A DNA stretch of 64,000 nucleotides from Gammaproteobacteria bacterium (GTDB lineage: Bacteria; Pseudomonadota; Gammaproteobacteria; Eutrophobiales; Eutrophobiaceae), in the NCBI GenBank assembly GCA_965205405.1, contig OZ242169.1:2381826-2445825 (forward strand), read 5' to 3'. This document shows positions 37,038-46,765 of the stretch, in pieces (the first letter of the stretch is position 1; each line of letters opens with the position of its first letter). A program made the translations under genes and the position numbers. The notes below the pieces were generated by a model, which was not told the DNA's origin, did no database searches, and saw only the letters and a list, made by a program, of their open reading frames with translations.

Positions 37038-39845
37038 TTAATAATTGTAGGAGAACCTCACGCCCACGGTGCGCGGCCGCTGCACAGTGACTGCCGGAGT
37101 ATAATGGCCGGCAATCTGCATGACCGGCGCTTCCTCGTCATTCAGGTTGTCGATAAAGACCTCGGCTCCCCAGTTGGCAGCCTCCAGACCCACGGACAGG
37201 TTAACGGTGGTGGCGTCGGGATTGACGAAGCGCGAGTTGCTAGGCAGGCGCGAGCCGCCCATTCCATCCGGTATCTCCACGGTGCCGTAGGTCCCGCCCT
37301 CATGCTGAAGTTTCAGACCGGAGTAAGCGCCGGATTGCTGGTACAGGGTGTCGTCCATGAATTCCGCGCTGCCCACAACTCCGGAAACACTTTCGCCCCT
37401 GTAATTGACGCTGGCTGCCACGTAGGCGTTGCTGCCTCCGCCCACGGCAATGGGGAAGCTGTAGCGCGCTCTCAAATTACCCGAAAACGAGGGTGAGAGC
37501 GGCAACTCGCTGCCTTCCGGCACAGCGATGCCCGACAACTGCTGATTCAGTTTGGTTAACTCCGTGTCCAGCAGGCTGAACGCGCCGGAGACAGTCAGAC
37601 CGTTGGTGGGAGCCCACTGGAAGTCCACGTCCATCCCCTGGGTTTCCGCATCGCCGACATTCTCGATAAAGAACAGGAAAGCCACATTGGAGGGGTCAAA
37701 ACGAGATACCTGCAAATCACTGATATCTGTCTTGTAAAGGGCGGCATTAAATTTCAGGGAACCATCGAAAAGAATGCTTTTCAAACCGATTTCATAGCTT
37801 TTCAAGGTATCGGTCCTGGCCACCGCCGGCACCACGTAATTCTCGAAGACGCCCGTCTGGTTGGTGGACAGCTGGCCGGCGTTGCGGTTGGACGTGGCCG
37901 GGCGGTAACCCTCGGCGAAGCTCATGAATACCATCATGTCTTCCATGGGGCGATAGTTCAGGGCAAGGCGCATGATGGCATCGCTTTCGTTGACGGAGCC
38001 GTCGGATCGCAGATTGCTGATGTCCACGTGGCCGTTCTTGATGGCATCGAGCGTGGCCATATTGCTGCCGCCACCGCGGAACAGTTCTCGGGGAGAGCCA
38101 TCGTCTCCGTTCGGGCTCAACGCGCTCAGGATGATATCGTCGTTACCGGTGGCGTTGTATTCTCCCAAGGTCTCCAAACGCACTGAGACATCATTGCTGA
38201 AGTCAGTACCGTTGCAGCGGCCGTCCGCAGTTGCCTGAGAGTTGCCGCCAATACCGTAGCGGCAGCCGAAGGAGAAATTGGATGCGCCCTGCAACTGCGA
38301 GGTCAGGTCGTAGTAACGGGCGCTGACCGAAGCGGATAGCGTGTCGGAGAAATCAAACGCCAGTTCGCCGAAGATTGCCCATTCCTCTTCGTCGCGGGTA
38401 AAATCATTGAAAAAAACGGTTTCCGGCGGGCGCGGACCTTTCGCGTTGACACCAGCGGTAGGTAGAGTGTCATTGCCCAGCTGGAAGTTCGGATCACCGG
38501 TGACTTCGGCAAAAACATCGTTGGTGCCAAAGTACTGGAAGTCGCCTAAATGGTTGGTCTCCACTTCGTTATAGTAAGCGCCGGCCAGCACCCTCAGGCG
38601 CTTGGCAGGGTCGGTGCTGACCCGCAGTTCGTGAGTCATGCGGGTATTTTCCGTTTCCTCCACGTATTGCTTGGTTGGGTCGTAACAATTGTTCGGCACG
38701 CTCAGGTCGTAGTAGGGGCCAGAGCACAGGTAGTAGGTGATATAACCACCGCCGTTGTTGTAATGAGTATAGTCGATGAGGCTCTCGACGTCGCGGTGCA
38801 GGTAACCACCCGTGTAAACCACGTCAAGGTTAGCAAGACGTCCGTTCAGGGTCCAGGTCGTTAATCCAAATTCATCTTCGTTGGCGTCCGGCGCAAAATG
38901 AGCGGATGATTCCTTGCCGCCAAGGCTGGTATCAACCAGGAATACGCCTTCCACGTCCAGTTCCTGATAGGATTGCGATACCAGGGCATCCCAGTCATCG
39001 TTGATTTCAAAAGCCAGGCTGACGCGGCCCCCGCGATAGGTGGCCTCATTCCAGTTGTTCTCCACCAGGGCATCGTTGCTGGCGCTTTGTATGCTGTCGG
39101 CGTTGGCGAACTGCGGACCATAGCCGATCGAGTTGCGGTCAATCACTTCAGCGCTGGGCGTAAACGTGGCGGGTACATTGTCAATCCAGCCACCCTGATC
39201 GTCATTGTACAACACAATGCGGACTGCCAGTTGTTCCGAAATGGGCACATTCAGGTAGGCGTCCACCGCGTAACTGTCGGAGCCGCCATCGGTGTTGCTG
39301 TAGCGGGCATTAATACCTCCCTGGACTTCACCCTGCGTCGGCTTATTAGTGATCATGCGCAAGTTGCCGGATTGGGAACTGGCGCCGAATAACGTACCCT
39401 GGGGTCCGGACAGCACTTCGATACGCTCCATATCCACTGCGTAGACGTCCAGGTTGCGGCCGCCGAAGGACACCGGTTGCTCATCAAGGTACAGGGCGAC
39501 GCCCGGCGCTGAGCCCTGGGCCGAGGATATAGTGACACTGGTCTGCTCGGTGGCGCTGCCGCGGATGTAAAGCTCCTTTTTGCCGGGGCCATTCCCGGCG
39601 CTAACCACATTCGGCAGGTATTCTATGTATTTGTCGAAAGTCTCGACGCGAAGCTCCCTGAGCGTGTCGCCGCCTACTGCCTGCACAGTGATAGGCACGT
39701 CCTGCGCGCTTTCGGCCCGCTTGGTCGCCGTTACGATTATCTCTTCGATCTGGGCATTGATTGGTGCGCTGACGGCTGTTGCAGTGATGGCTGACAGGAT
39801 TGCGCAGCTCAGTTTATTCCGTTTGAAATCAACCTTATTGGACAT
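37038..39845 (-). CDS. TonB-dependent receptor (intact, 935 aa)
   Basis: Signal peptide, plug (EEIIVTATKRAE, RIEVLSGPQGTLFGASSQSGNLR), C-terminal RFSYNY. Confidence 0.9.
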   Translation of the reverse strand: MSNKVDFKRNKLSCAILSAITATAVSAPINAQIEEIIVTATKRAESAQDVPITVQAVGGDTLRELRVETFDKYIEYLPNVVSAGNGPGKKELYIRGSATEQTSVTISSAQGSAPGVALYLDEQPVSFGGRNLDVYAVDMERIEVLSGPQGTLFGASSQSGNLRMITNKPTQGEVQGGINARYSNTDGGSDSYAVDAYLNVPISEQLAVRIVLYNDDQGGWIDNVPATFTPSAEVIDRNSIGYGPQFANADSIQSASNDALVENNWNEATYRGGRVSLAFEINDDWDALVSQSYQELDVEGVFLVDTSLGGKESSAHFAPDANEDEFGLTTWTLNGRLANLDVVYTGGYLHRDVESLIDYTHYNNGGGYITYYLCSGPYYDLSVPNNCYDPTKQYVEETENTRMTHELRVSTDPAKRLRVLAGAYYNEVETNHLGDFQYFGTNDVFAEVTGDPNFQLGNDTLPTAGVNAKGPRPPETVFFNDFTRDEEEWAIFGELAFDFSDTLSASVSARYYDLTSQLQGASNFSFGCRYGIGGNSQATADGRCNGTDFSNDVSVRLETLGEYNATGNDDIILSALSPNGDDGSPRELFRGGGSNMATLDAIKNGHVDISNLRSDGSVNESDAIMRLALNYRPMEDMMVFMSFAEGYRPATSNRNAGQLSTNQTGVFENYVVPAVARTDTLKSYEIGLKSILFDGSLKFNAALYKTDISDLQVSRFDPSNVAFLFFIENVGDAETQGMDVDFQWAPTNGLTVSGAFSLLDTELTKLNQQLSGIAVPEGSELPLSPSFSGNLRARYSFPIAVGGGSNAYVAASVNYRGESVSGVVGSAEFMDDTLYQQSGAYSGLKLQHEGGTYGTVEIPDGMGGSRLPSNSRFVNPDATTVNLSVGLEAANWGAEVFIDNLNDEEAPVMQIAGHYTPAVTVQRPRTVGVRFSYNY

Positions 39846-40001
39846 ATTATTCCTCCCGAGATTGGCCTATTCCGTCATTATATGAAGAGGGAGATTTTAT
39901 TACAATAAAAATTCGACTTTTTTTATACTATATACGACATTGTTGGAATAATGATACACAGTCATTTCAGCCTCACAAGGTTGATACCTCGAAGAATGCG
40001 A

Positions 40002-40159
40002 AATATCTGGGGTCAGAGTAAAAATACTCAACTATAACCCGGCACCTTCTACCAAATTACCTGTATTTTTACTCTGACCCCACAAATCCGCCAGGAGCGG
40101 ATTTGGACGTCCGAAGGACGCCCGCAGGGTGTGTGCCAGGGAAGGCGCACATCAAATAT
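40002..40159. repeat. Extended repeat unit in inverted orientation (MITE copy 4 plus 71-bp extension)
   Basis: Reverse complement of 30947..31103. Overlaps the stop codon of the BBOX-like gene. Confidence 0.8.
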
Positions 40160-41373
40160 CAAGTCTGGCGGAAGTCCCGGCCTTTTCTGCGCAACACTTC
40201 CAGGCAGCTCTGTAAATCGTCCCGGCAGATATAGCAGCCCTGCAGATGGCGATAGCCGCTGTTCGGATCAAAGGCGCTGCGTGCGTGCATGATGCGGGCA
40301 TTATCGAATACCTGGCAGTCGCCCTTGTTCAGGCGGAATTTGAATTGCATTTCGGTACTGTTTGCAATGCCGAGAAACGCCCGGTGCGCCCGATAAAATT
40401 CCGCCTGTAATTCAGGTTCGATATCCACCGGTCCCAGCAGGGCCGGATGCAGCCGGGTGCCGATAATATCACCGTCTTCATCGACGTCGATGATGGTGCC
40501 GCGGTTGATGATGTGCCAGTCATCGTCAATAGAACTGAACGTCACTTTCCGGGTACTCAGCAGGTTAAATGCAGCACGATCCATTTGGTGCAACTTTCTG
40601 GCCGAAGCGATGGAATCAACCAGGATACTTTCTCCCCCCCGGGCATCGTTATGCAAACAATGCAGAAACTGTATGCCCGGCATATGGCGACGGCTGGGGA
40701 GATCGTTATGCGGATACAACGCCTGCGGCGTATAGGCCAGGTTTTCGGGGTTTGGTTTTGATTCCACGTCGAAATGACGACCAAAATGGGATTCTTCGAG
40801 GAAGGCAACCCGTTCGGCAAGCCCGACAACGGCAAGGTTTTCCGCGGGAACGCCGGTGACGAAAGCAACGCCTGTATCGTCGATATACTCCAGCAGTTGA
40901 AGGAGGTCCTCATCGTTGCTCATTGCGCCGTCATAGTCAACGGATATGCTTTCCTTATCGAACTCGGCGGCGGCCCAGGCTGTACGCTGTTTTTTGCGCG
41001 CCAGGCGCGCGGCGTTCTCGCAACGGTGCCGATTCAACCACTCCCAGCTAAAGAAACTCCCGGCACAGTCAGCTCCATACCCGGGCCAGGTAATGTGCAG
41101 GCCGCGCGCATCGGTACTGAACGAAGCAGGGGTGATATCCAGCGGGATCGCCAAAAAGTCGACAATGCGCTCCCATGCCTCCTGGTGAGTGCATTTCGGG
41201 CAATGACAGTTCTCCCGCAGCCAGTAGAACAGGTGGCGACTGCGGTAACCCTCAGGCCAGGCAATCTCCAGACTGTCCGCCTGCGCTTTTATTGCGGGGA
41301 TTTGCTCCCGGATATCCAGGGGTTTTATCAACTTGCTGACGCCTCCGCCGGTTCGCCAAAAAGATAACGACAA
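40159..41373 (-). CDS. Gamma-butyrobetaine hydroxylase-like (BBOX/TmpA-type) 2-oxoglutarate/Fe(II) dioxygenase with N-terminal Zn-ribbon domain
   Basis: N-terminal FYWLRENCHCPKCTHQE (DUF971-type) plus a TauD-like C-terminal domain. 404 aa. Confidence 0.7.
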   Translation of the reverse strand: MSLSFWRTGGGVSKLIKPLDIREQIPAIKAQADSLEIAWPEGYRSRHLFYWLRENCHCPKCTHQEAWERIVDFLAIPLDITPASFSTDARGLHITWPGYGADCAGSFFSWEWLNRHRCENAARLARKKQRTAWAAAEFDKESISVDYDGAMSNDEDLLQLLEYIDDTGVAFVTGVPAENLAVVGLAERVAFLEESHFGRHFDVESKPNPENLAYTPQALYPHNDLPSRRHMPGIQFLHCLHNDARGGESILVDSIASARKLHQMDRAAFNLLSTRKVTFSSIDDDWHIINRGTIIDVDEDGDIIGTRLHPALLGPVDIEPELQAEFYRAHRAFLGIANSTEMQFKFRLNKGDCQVFDNARIMHARSAFDPNSGYRHLQGCYICRDDLQSCLEVLRRKGRDFRQT

Positions 41374-41498
41374 TCGTAGCTGACGATATTATATATATGA
41401 CATTGACATGGTTGACAGTCCGACAAATATAATCGGTTATCCGACATTCCTGAGCAGGCTGGAAAACCGGCCGCTATCCCTGTAACCTGAAGAACATC

Positions 41499-42809
41499 AT
41501 GGAAAACAATATCACTTCTACACTGGAACGCCTGTTCAAACTGTCGGAACATGGTACAAGGGTTCGCACCGAGGTGCTGGCGGGCCTCACCACCTTCGTT
41601 ACCATGGCCTACATTATCTTCGTCAATCCGCAGATGATGGCTGCCGCCGGTATCGATCCGGGCGCCAGTTTCGTCGCTACCTGCCTGGCCTCGGCCCTGG
41701 CCTGTATTTTCATGGGTCTGTACGCGAACTGGCCGGTCGGACTGGCGCCGGGTATGGGCATGAACGCGTTTTTCACTTATACGGTAGTCGGCAGTATGGG
41801 TTATAGCTGGCAAGTCGGACTGGGGGCGGTGTTTCTTTCCGGAGTGCTGTTTGTGATCATCAGCGTTACCCGCTTGCGCCGCTGGATGCTGAACAGCATC
41901 CCCATGAACCTGCGCCTGGCTATGGGTTGCGGGGTGGGGCTGTTCATCGGCTTTATCGGTTTGCAGAACGGCGGGCTAGTTGTCGCCAATCCCGCCACCA
42001 TCCTGACCTTGGGAGACCTGACCCGGCCTGAGCCCATGCTGGCGGCCATCGGCTTCCTGTTGATCGCCGGTCTCGGGGTACGCGCCGTGCCCGGCGCCAT
42101 CATGCTGGGTATCCTGGCAATGACGGTCGTTGGCCTGCTCACCGGCCTGGTAGCCTACCAGGGACTGGTTTCGGCGCCGCCCGATATGGCCGCAACCTTC
42201 CTGCAACTGGACATCGCAGGCGCTCTCGATATGGCTATGATCAGCGTAGTGGTGGCTTTCCTGTTCGTCAACCTGTTCGATACTACGGGCACCTTGATGG
42301 GTGTTGCCAACCGGGCCGGCCTGGTTGATGACAAGGGCAATATCCGGGACATGGACCGGGCGCTGAAGGCTGACAGCTCCTCCAGCGTTGTCGGCGCCTG
42401 TCTGGGTTGCACACCGGTAACCAGCTATGTGGAAAGTGTAGCGGGTATCGCCAGCGGCGGCCGCACCGGGCTTACCGCTGTGACCGTTGGCGTGCTGTTC
42501 CTGCTGGCTGTTTTCTTTGCGCCCCTGGCGCGCATGGTGCCTGAATTCGCCACCTCCGGCGCCCTGGTATTTGTGGCCATGCTGATGCTGGGCGGCATGC
42601 GCGACCTGGACTGGGACGATGCCACTGAACTGGTCCCTGCGCTGCTGACAATCGTGGCGATCCCGTTGACCTTCTCCATTGCAGACGGTATTGCCGTGGG
42701 CTTTATCACTTACGTCAGCCTCAAACTGGCAACCGGCAAATTCAGCGGGATTTCTATGGGAGTCTGGTTTCTGGCGCTGATCTTCATCGCCAGGTTTGTG
42801 TTCATTTAA
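41499..42809 (+). CDS. NCS2/AzgA-family purine permease
   Basis: 436 aa. RVRTEVLAGLTTFVTMAYIIFVNPQMM resembles the N-terminus of the adenine/guanine/hypoxanthine permease family. Confidence 0.8.
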   Translation: MENNITSTLERLFKLSEHGTRVRTEVLAGLTTFVTMAYIIFVNPQMMAAAGIDPGASFVATCLASALACIFMGLYANWPVGLAPGMGMNAFFTYTVVGSMGYSWQVGLGAVFLSGVLFVIISVTRLRRWMLNSIPMNLRLAMGCGVGLFIGFIGLQNGGLVVANPATILTLGDLTRPEPMLAAIGFLLIAGLGVRAVPGAIMLGILAMTVVGLLTGLVAYQGLVSAPPDMAATFLQLDIAGALDMAMISVVVAFLFVNLFDTTGTLMGVANRAGLVDDKGNIRDMDRALKADSSSSVVGACLGCTPVTSYVESVAGIASGGRTGLTAVTVGVLFLLAVFFAPLARMVPEFATSGALVFVAMLMLGGMRDLDWDDATELVPALLTIVAIPLTFSIADGIAVGFITYVSLKLATGKFSGISMGVWFLALIFIARFVFI

Positions 42810-42845
42810 CCCGTTAACCAATTTCCGTCATTCCTGCATCACGCC

Positions 42846-42932
42846 GGATATTTGGGGTCAGAGTAAAAATACAGTTAATTGGGCAGGTGTTGCCGGGTGA
42901 TTATCAAGTATTTTTACTCTGACCCCAAAAAT
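42846..42932. repeat. Palindromic MITE/REPIN-like element, copy 5
   Basis: Same 27-bp arms as the other copies. Confidence 0.85.
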
Positions 42933-42951
42933 CTGTCCCCTGATGTCCTGG

Positions 42952-45558
42952 TTAGAATTCGTAGCCCAGTCTCAGGTAGAAGAAACCACCGTTGTAGTCG
43001 TAAGGCGAGCTTTCCGGTTCTGCATTGCCTTGACCAAGGGACTCGTCCCGTACTGCACCTGGTGAGGTGTCAAACAGGTTCTGCGCGCCGAATGCCGCGG
43101 AGTACGCGTCCAGAAAGCGGTAGCTGACTTCAGCGTCAAGGAGAAAAGCTCCGTCATAAGAATCGAGATTTGCACAACTCGCTCCGGCGAATCTACAGGC
43201 TTTCCAGTCCGTGTAATAACTGCCGCGCAATAGGACCTGCCAGTTGCCTGACAGGTGCGTCAGCGTTGCTTGCAGGCGGTGCGGCGGATTCAGTTCCTCG
43301 AGTTCCACACGGCGCCTCTTGGTCAGCAGGCTCACAGTCAACGGATTTTCAAGTCGTTGACCGAGTATTTCGGTGACTTCCCGCGCTGGGGAGAAGTCAT
43401 CCAGGGAAGTGTCCGTCCAGTTCCAGCCGAAGTGCAGGGCAGTCGTTCCGGCCTGCCAATCGACTTCGTAGTCCAGACCCAGGTCGATGCCGCGGGTAGT
43501 GGTATCGAAGTCATTGGTGTTGAAGCTGATATTTTGCACGCCTGAGGCGGCAGCCAGGCCGCTTTGCTCCAACAGGGCCGCCACCTCCGGCGTGATGCCG
43601 ATATTACCGGTGCGAGCGATACGATCATCGATCTCGATATTGAAAAAATCGAAGCGCAAGCGCAGATCGTTCCGGAATTGATAAGTGAAACCCAGGGAAA
43701 AGCCGACGGATTTTTCTTCATGCATCGGTTCTCCCCCAAGAGCCTGTGCGACGGGATTGTGCGGCGGCACGGTACCTACTTCCACCAGGTTGCCGGTACC
43801 GGAGAAAGTGGTGGAGAGCAGGGAGATATTGGCCTGACCGGGGGAGGGGGCGCGGAAGCCGGTACTGAAGGTGCCGCGCAGCACGAGATTATCAGTCATG
43901 CGCCAACGGGCTGAAACCTTGCCGTTTATGGTATCACCGAAGTCTTTATAGAAGTCCTCGTAGCGGGCGGCCACGCCGAGCAACAGGGCTTCAGTCAAAT
44001 CTGCTTCAAGGTCGACGTATGCCGCGTAATTGGGGCGCTTCCAGTCCCCTGCGTTCCTGGGGGCTAATCCCTGGAAACCGTTCGAGCCGACACTGAAGGC
44101 GTTGCTGATACGGCCGTCGGCATAGGGGCCGATAATATAGGACGCCTCATCACCGGCGCCGACTTCGAAGTGTTCCTGACGCCATTCCGCCCCCACTGCG
44201 ATGTTGAGCGGAGAGTGGAATGCGGCTATATCCAGCGGGTAGGAGAGGTCAAAATTGACGTTCACGTCAGTCTGCGTATACGTCCTCGGTTTGAATTCGA
44301 TTGGTGTCTCAGGACCAAGCGATGCATTGATGGTATTGCGCATGAAGAACTCCACGTCACTTTCTGCGGCGCCGACACTCAGGTCCCAACTCAAGCCGGA
44401 GAGAGTCTCGCCGCGCAGGCCGACAACCGTGCTCATATCAGTGATATCGGCGCCGAAGCGCGGCGTAAACCCGCCCGGGAAACGCTCGTTAAACAGGAAA
44501 CACCGGTCCCGGGTAGATTCTATGAAGGTCTGCACCTCTGCATTCGGCGCTTCCAGGTCCGGTAGCGCGGCCCGGCAGTCCAGGTCGTCAGCGGGGACCA
44601 GGTCGGCCACAAGACGCACGTCACCGCTGCGGAACACGCCGTTGCGGGCGTTGCCGGTCCCCGGCGCGCGAAAGAAGAAGCCGCCCTCCGACCTGCGCTC
44701 GGCATAGTTGCCGAAGGAGTAGAACTCGGCCCAGGCGCCCAGTTCAGCAGCCAGGTTATAGAAGCTGTTGAACGAGTCGTCTATAACGGGATTGCCCCAG
44801 ATCTGCGCCGGGTCGGCCACCGGATAGCCGCGCTGTTCAAGGACGGCGGCCTCGGCGCGCTGTACACTGCGAATCGTAGGATCAAGGGTTTTGTATTCTG
44901 CGCTCAGGTTGAGAAACCCGGAGTTGCCCAGAGGCAGGCCGATATTACCCGCGACCTGGGTCAGTTCACCGTCACCCTCGTAGTATTCACCATATCGCAC
45001 CTCCAGCATGCCGCCTTCAGCCGCATCCTTGAGTTGAACGTTGATCACGCCGGCAATGGCGTCGGAGCCATATTGCGCGGCGGCCCCGTCCCGCAACACC
45101 TCAATGCGCTTAACCGCAATTGCCGGGATCACAAACATGTCCGGCCCCTGGGAGCCGGCGTTCAGGGAGCTGCCCAGGAAGGTAATTGCGGCTGATCGGT
45201 GCCGGCGTTTTTCGTTTACCAGCAGCAGCGCCGCGTCCGGCGCCAGGCCGCGCAAGGTCGCGCCGCGTACCAGGGTCCCTTCATCATCAATGGCATGGCG
45301 TTGCACGTTGTAAGACAGGGTGGTGGTGCGTAGCAGGTCATCGAGGTCGGTTGACCCCTGTGACATGAGTTCATCACCCTGGATGACATCCACCGGAACC
45401 GGCGCATCCTCCAGCGCCTGCTCAGCCCGTCGGGTACCGATAACGATCATCTCCTCGATCTGCGGGTCTGCGCCTGAGGACTGTGCCAGCGTGAGGCTTG
45501 GAAGCAACATAGAGATGATGTTCATAAGGAGAAATAAGTTTCTTGACGTAACCTTCAC
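42952..45558 (-). CDS. TonB-dependent receptor (intact, 868 aa)
   Basis: Plug motifs EEMIVIGTRRAE and RIEVLRDGAAAQYGSDAIAGVINV. C-terminal LGYEF. Confidence 0.9.
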   Translation of the reverse strand: MKVTSRNLFLLMNIISMLLPSLTLAQSSGADPQIEEMIVIGTRRAEQALEDAPVPVDVIQGDELMSQGSTDLDDLLRTTTLSYNVQRHAIDDEGTLVRGATLRGLAPDAALLLVNEKRRHRSAAITFLGSSLNAGSQGPDMFVIPAIAVKRIEVLRDGAAAQYGSDAIAGVINVQLKDAAEGGMLEVRYGEYYEGDGELTQVAGNIGLPLGNSGFLNLSAEYKTLDPTIRSVQRAEAAVLEQRGYPVADPAQIWGNPVIDDSFNSFYNLAAELGAWAEFYSFGNYAERRSEGGFFFRAPGTGNARNGVFRSGDVRLVADLVPADDLDCRAALPDLEAPNAEVQTFIESTRDRCFLFNERFPGGFTPRFGADITDMSTVVGLRGETLSGLSWDLSVGAAESDVEFFMRNTINASLGPETPIEFKPRTYTQTDVNVNFDLSYPLDIAAFHSPLNIAVGAEWRQEHFEVGAGDEASYIIGPYADGRISNAFSVGSNGFQGLAPRNAGDWKRPNYAAYVDLEADLTEALLLGVAARYEDFYKDFGDTINGKVSARWRMTDNLVLRGTFSTGFRAPSPGQANISLLSTTFSGTGNLVEVGTVPPHNPVAQALGGEPMHEEKSVGFSLGFTYQFRNDLRLRFDFFNIEIDDRIARTGNIGITPEVAALLEQSGLAAASGVQNISFNTNDFDTTTRGIDLGLDYEVDWQAGTTALHFGWNWTDTSLDDFSPAREVTEILGQRLENPLTVSLLTKRRRVELEELNPPHRLQATLTHLSGNWQVLLRGSYYTDWKACRFAGASCANLDSYDGAFLLDAEVSYRFLDAYSAAFGAQNLFDTSPGAVRDESLGQGNAEPESSPYDYNGGFFYLRLGYEF

Positions 45559-45913
45559 GGTAGATCTCCTGAGCCGTTAAAACTATAGCGTTGCAGAATA
45601 TATAATGGACAATATCCGCTAGCCGGTTTTCAGTGATTGATTTCCGGCAACTAAATGGCGCGAATCAGGGTACTGAAAACGGCGTAATTATACACGATTA
45701 GGGGAGGAAATTATGAGATGACATGTTATATGTTCCTGACATGGACAATTCTGTTTGTTGACAACACTTAAATGACGGTGTTTGTCGCATATACATGTAA
45801 CAATGTCGTGCTGCTATATACATGAAATTACTGGCTAATCCAGACTTCCGCGAAATTCAGTTCAGGAAAAGCAGGAGATTTAAATCTGTACTTCCTTAAG
45901 TTACTCATGAGGC

Positions 45914-46651
45914 ATGATAGCAATGAACCAAGAAGCTGCTGCAGAAATTTGGGTTGAAGACCAAGACGATGAGCTGGTCCTGTCGGAACTGGACGATACG
46001 GAACTGGTTGAGCAAATGCACGATGATCTCTATGACGGCCTTAAGGAAGAGATTGTAGAAGGGACGCAACTCCTGCTGGGCCGGGGCTGGGCCGCGGACA
46101 AGGTGCTTAACGAGGCCCTGGTCGGCGGCATGCAGATCGTGGGTATCGATTTCCGCGACGGGATTTTATTCGTGCCGGAGGTGCTGCTCGCGGCCAATGC
46201 CATGAAGGGAGGGATGACGGTGTTACGCCCGCTACTGGCGGAAACGGGGGCAAAACCCATCGGCAAGATGGTGATCGGTACCGTGAAAGGCGATATCCAT
46301 GATATCGGCAAGAACCTGGTCGGAATGATGATGGAAGGGGCCGGTTTCGAAGTAATCAATCTCGGCATCAACAACAGTGTCGAAAGCTATTTTGCCGCGA
46401 TGGAACAACATCAACCGGATATTCTCGGCATGTCAGCCCTGCTCACCACCACTATGCCCTACATGAAAGTCGTGATCGACGAGATGGTCTCACAAAACAT
46501 TCGCAACGATTATATCGTCATGGTCGGCGGCGCCCCTCTGAACGAGGAATTCGGTATTGCGGTTGGCGCCGATGCGTACTGCCGGGATGCGGCGGAAGCT
46601 TCCGACACCGGCACGCGCCTGGTACGAACGCGGGAAATCATCAGCGCCTGA
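45914..46651 (+). CDS. Corrinoid (cobalamin)-binding protein of a methyltransferase system
   Basis: B12-binding DxHxxG motif (VKGDIHDIGKN) plus an N-terminal B12-binding_2-like cap. 245 aa. Confidence 0.85.
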   Translation: MIAMNQEAAAEIWVEDQDDELVLSELDDTELVEQMHDDLYDGLKEEIVEGTQLLLGRGWAADKVLNEALVGGMQIVGIDFRDGILFVPEVLLAANAMKGGMTVLRPLLAETGAKPIGKMVIGTVKGDIHDIGKNLVGMMMEGAGFEVINLGINNSVESYFAAMEQHQPDILGMSALLTTTMPYMKVVIDEMVSQNIRNDYIVMVGGAPLNEEFGIAVGADAYCRDAAEASDTGTRLVRTREIISA

Positions 46652-46765
46652 TCCGCAGATCAAGCACACGGGCATAGCTTCAGGAATTGACACGTCCCAT
46701 GCCGATCTGCCAGAATTTCCCCGGCTTTGCTGAGATGGTTTGATCGAAATCTGGAGAGAACAGCG

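Noticed and set aside
45559-45913. Cobalamin riboswitch upstream of the TonB-dependent receptor or the corrinoid-protein gene
   Set aside because: I looked for the B12-box (GCCACTG / CAGTGGC) and the conserved GGGAA core on both strands and did not find them.
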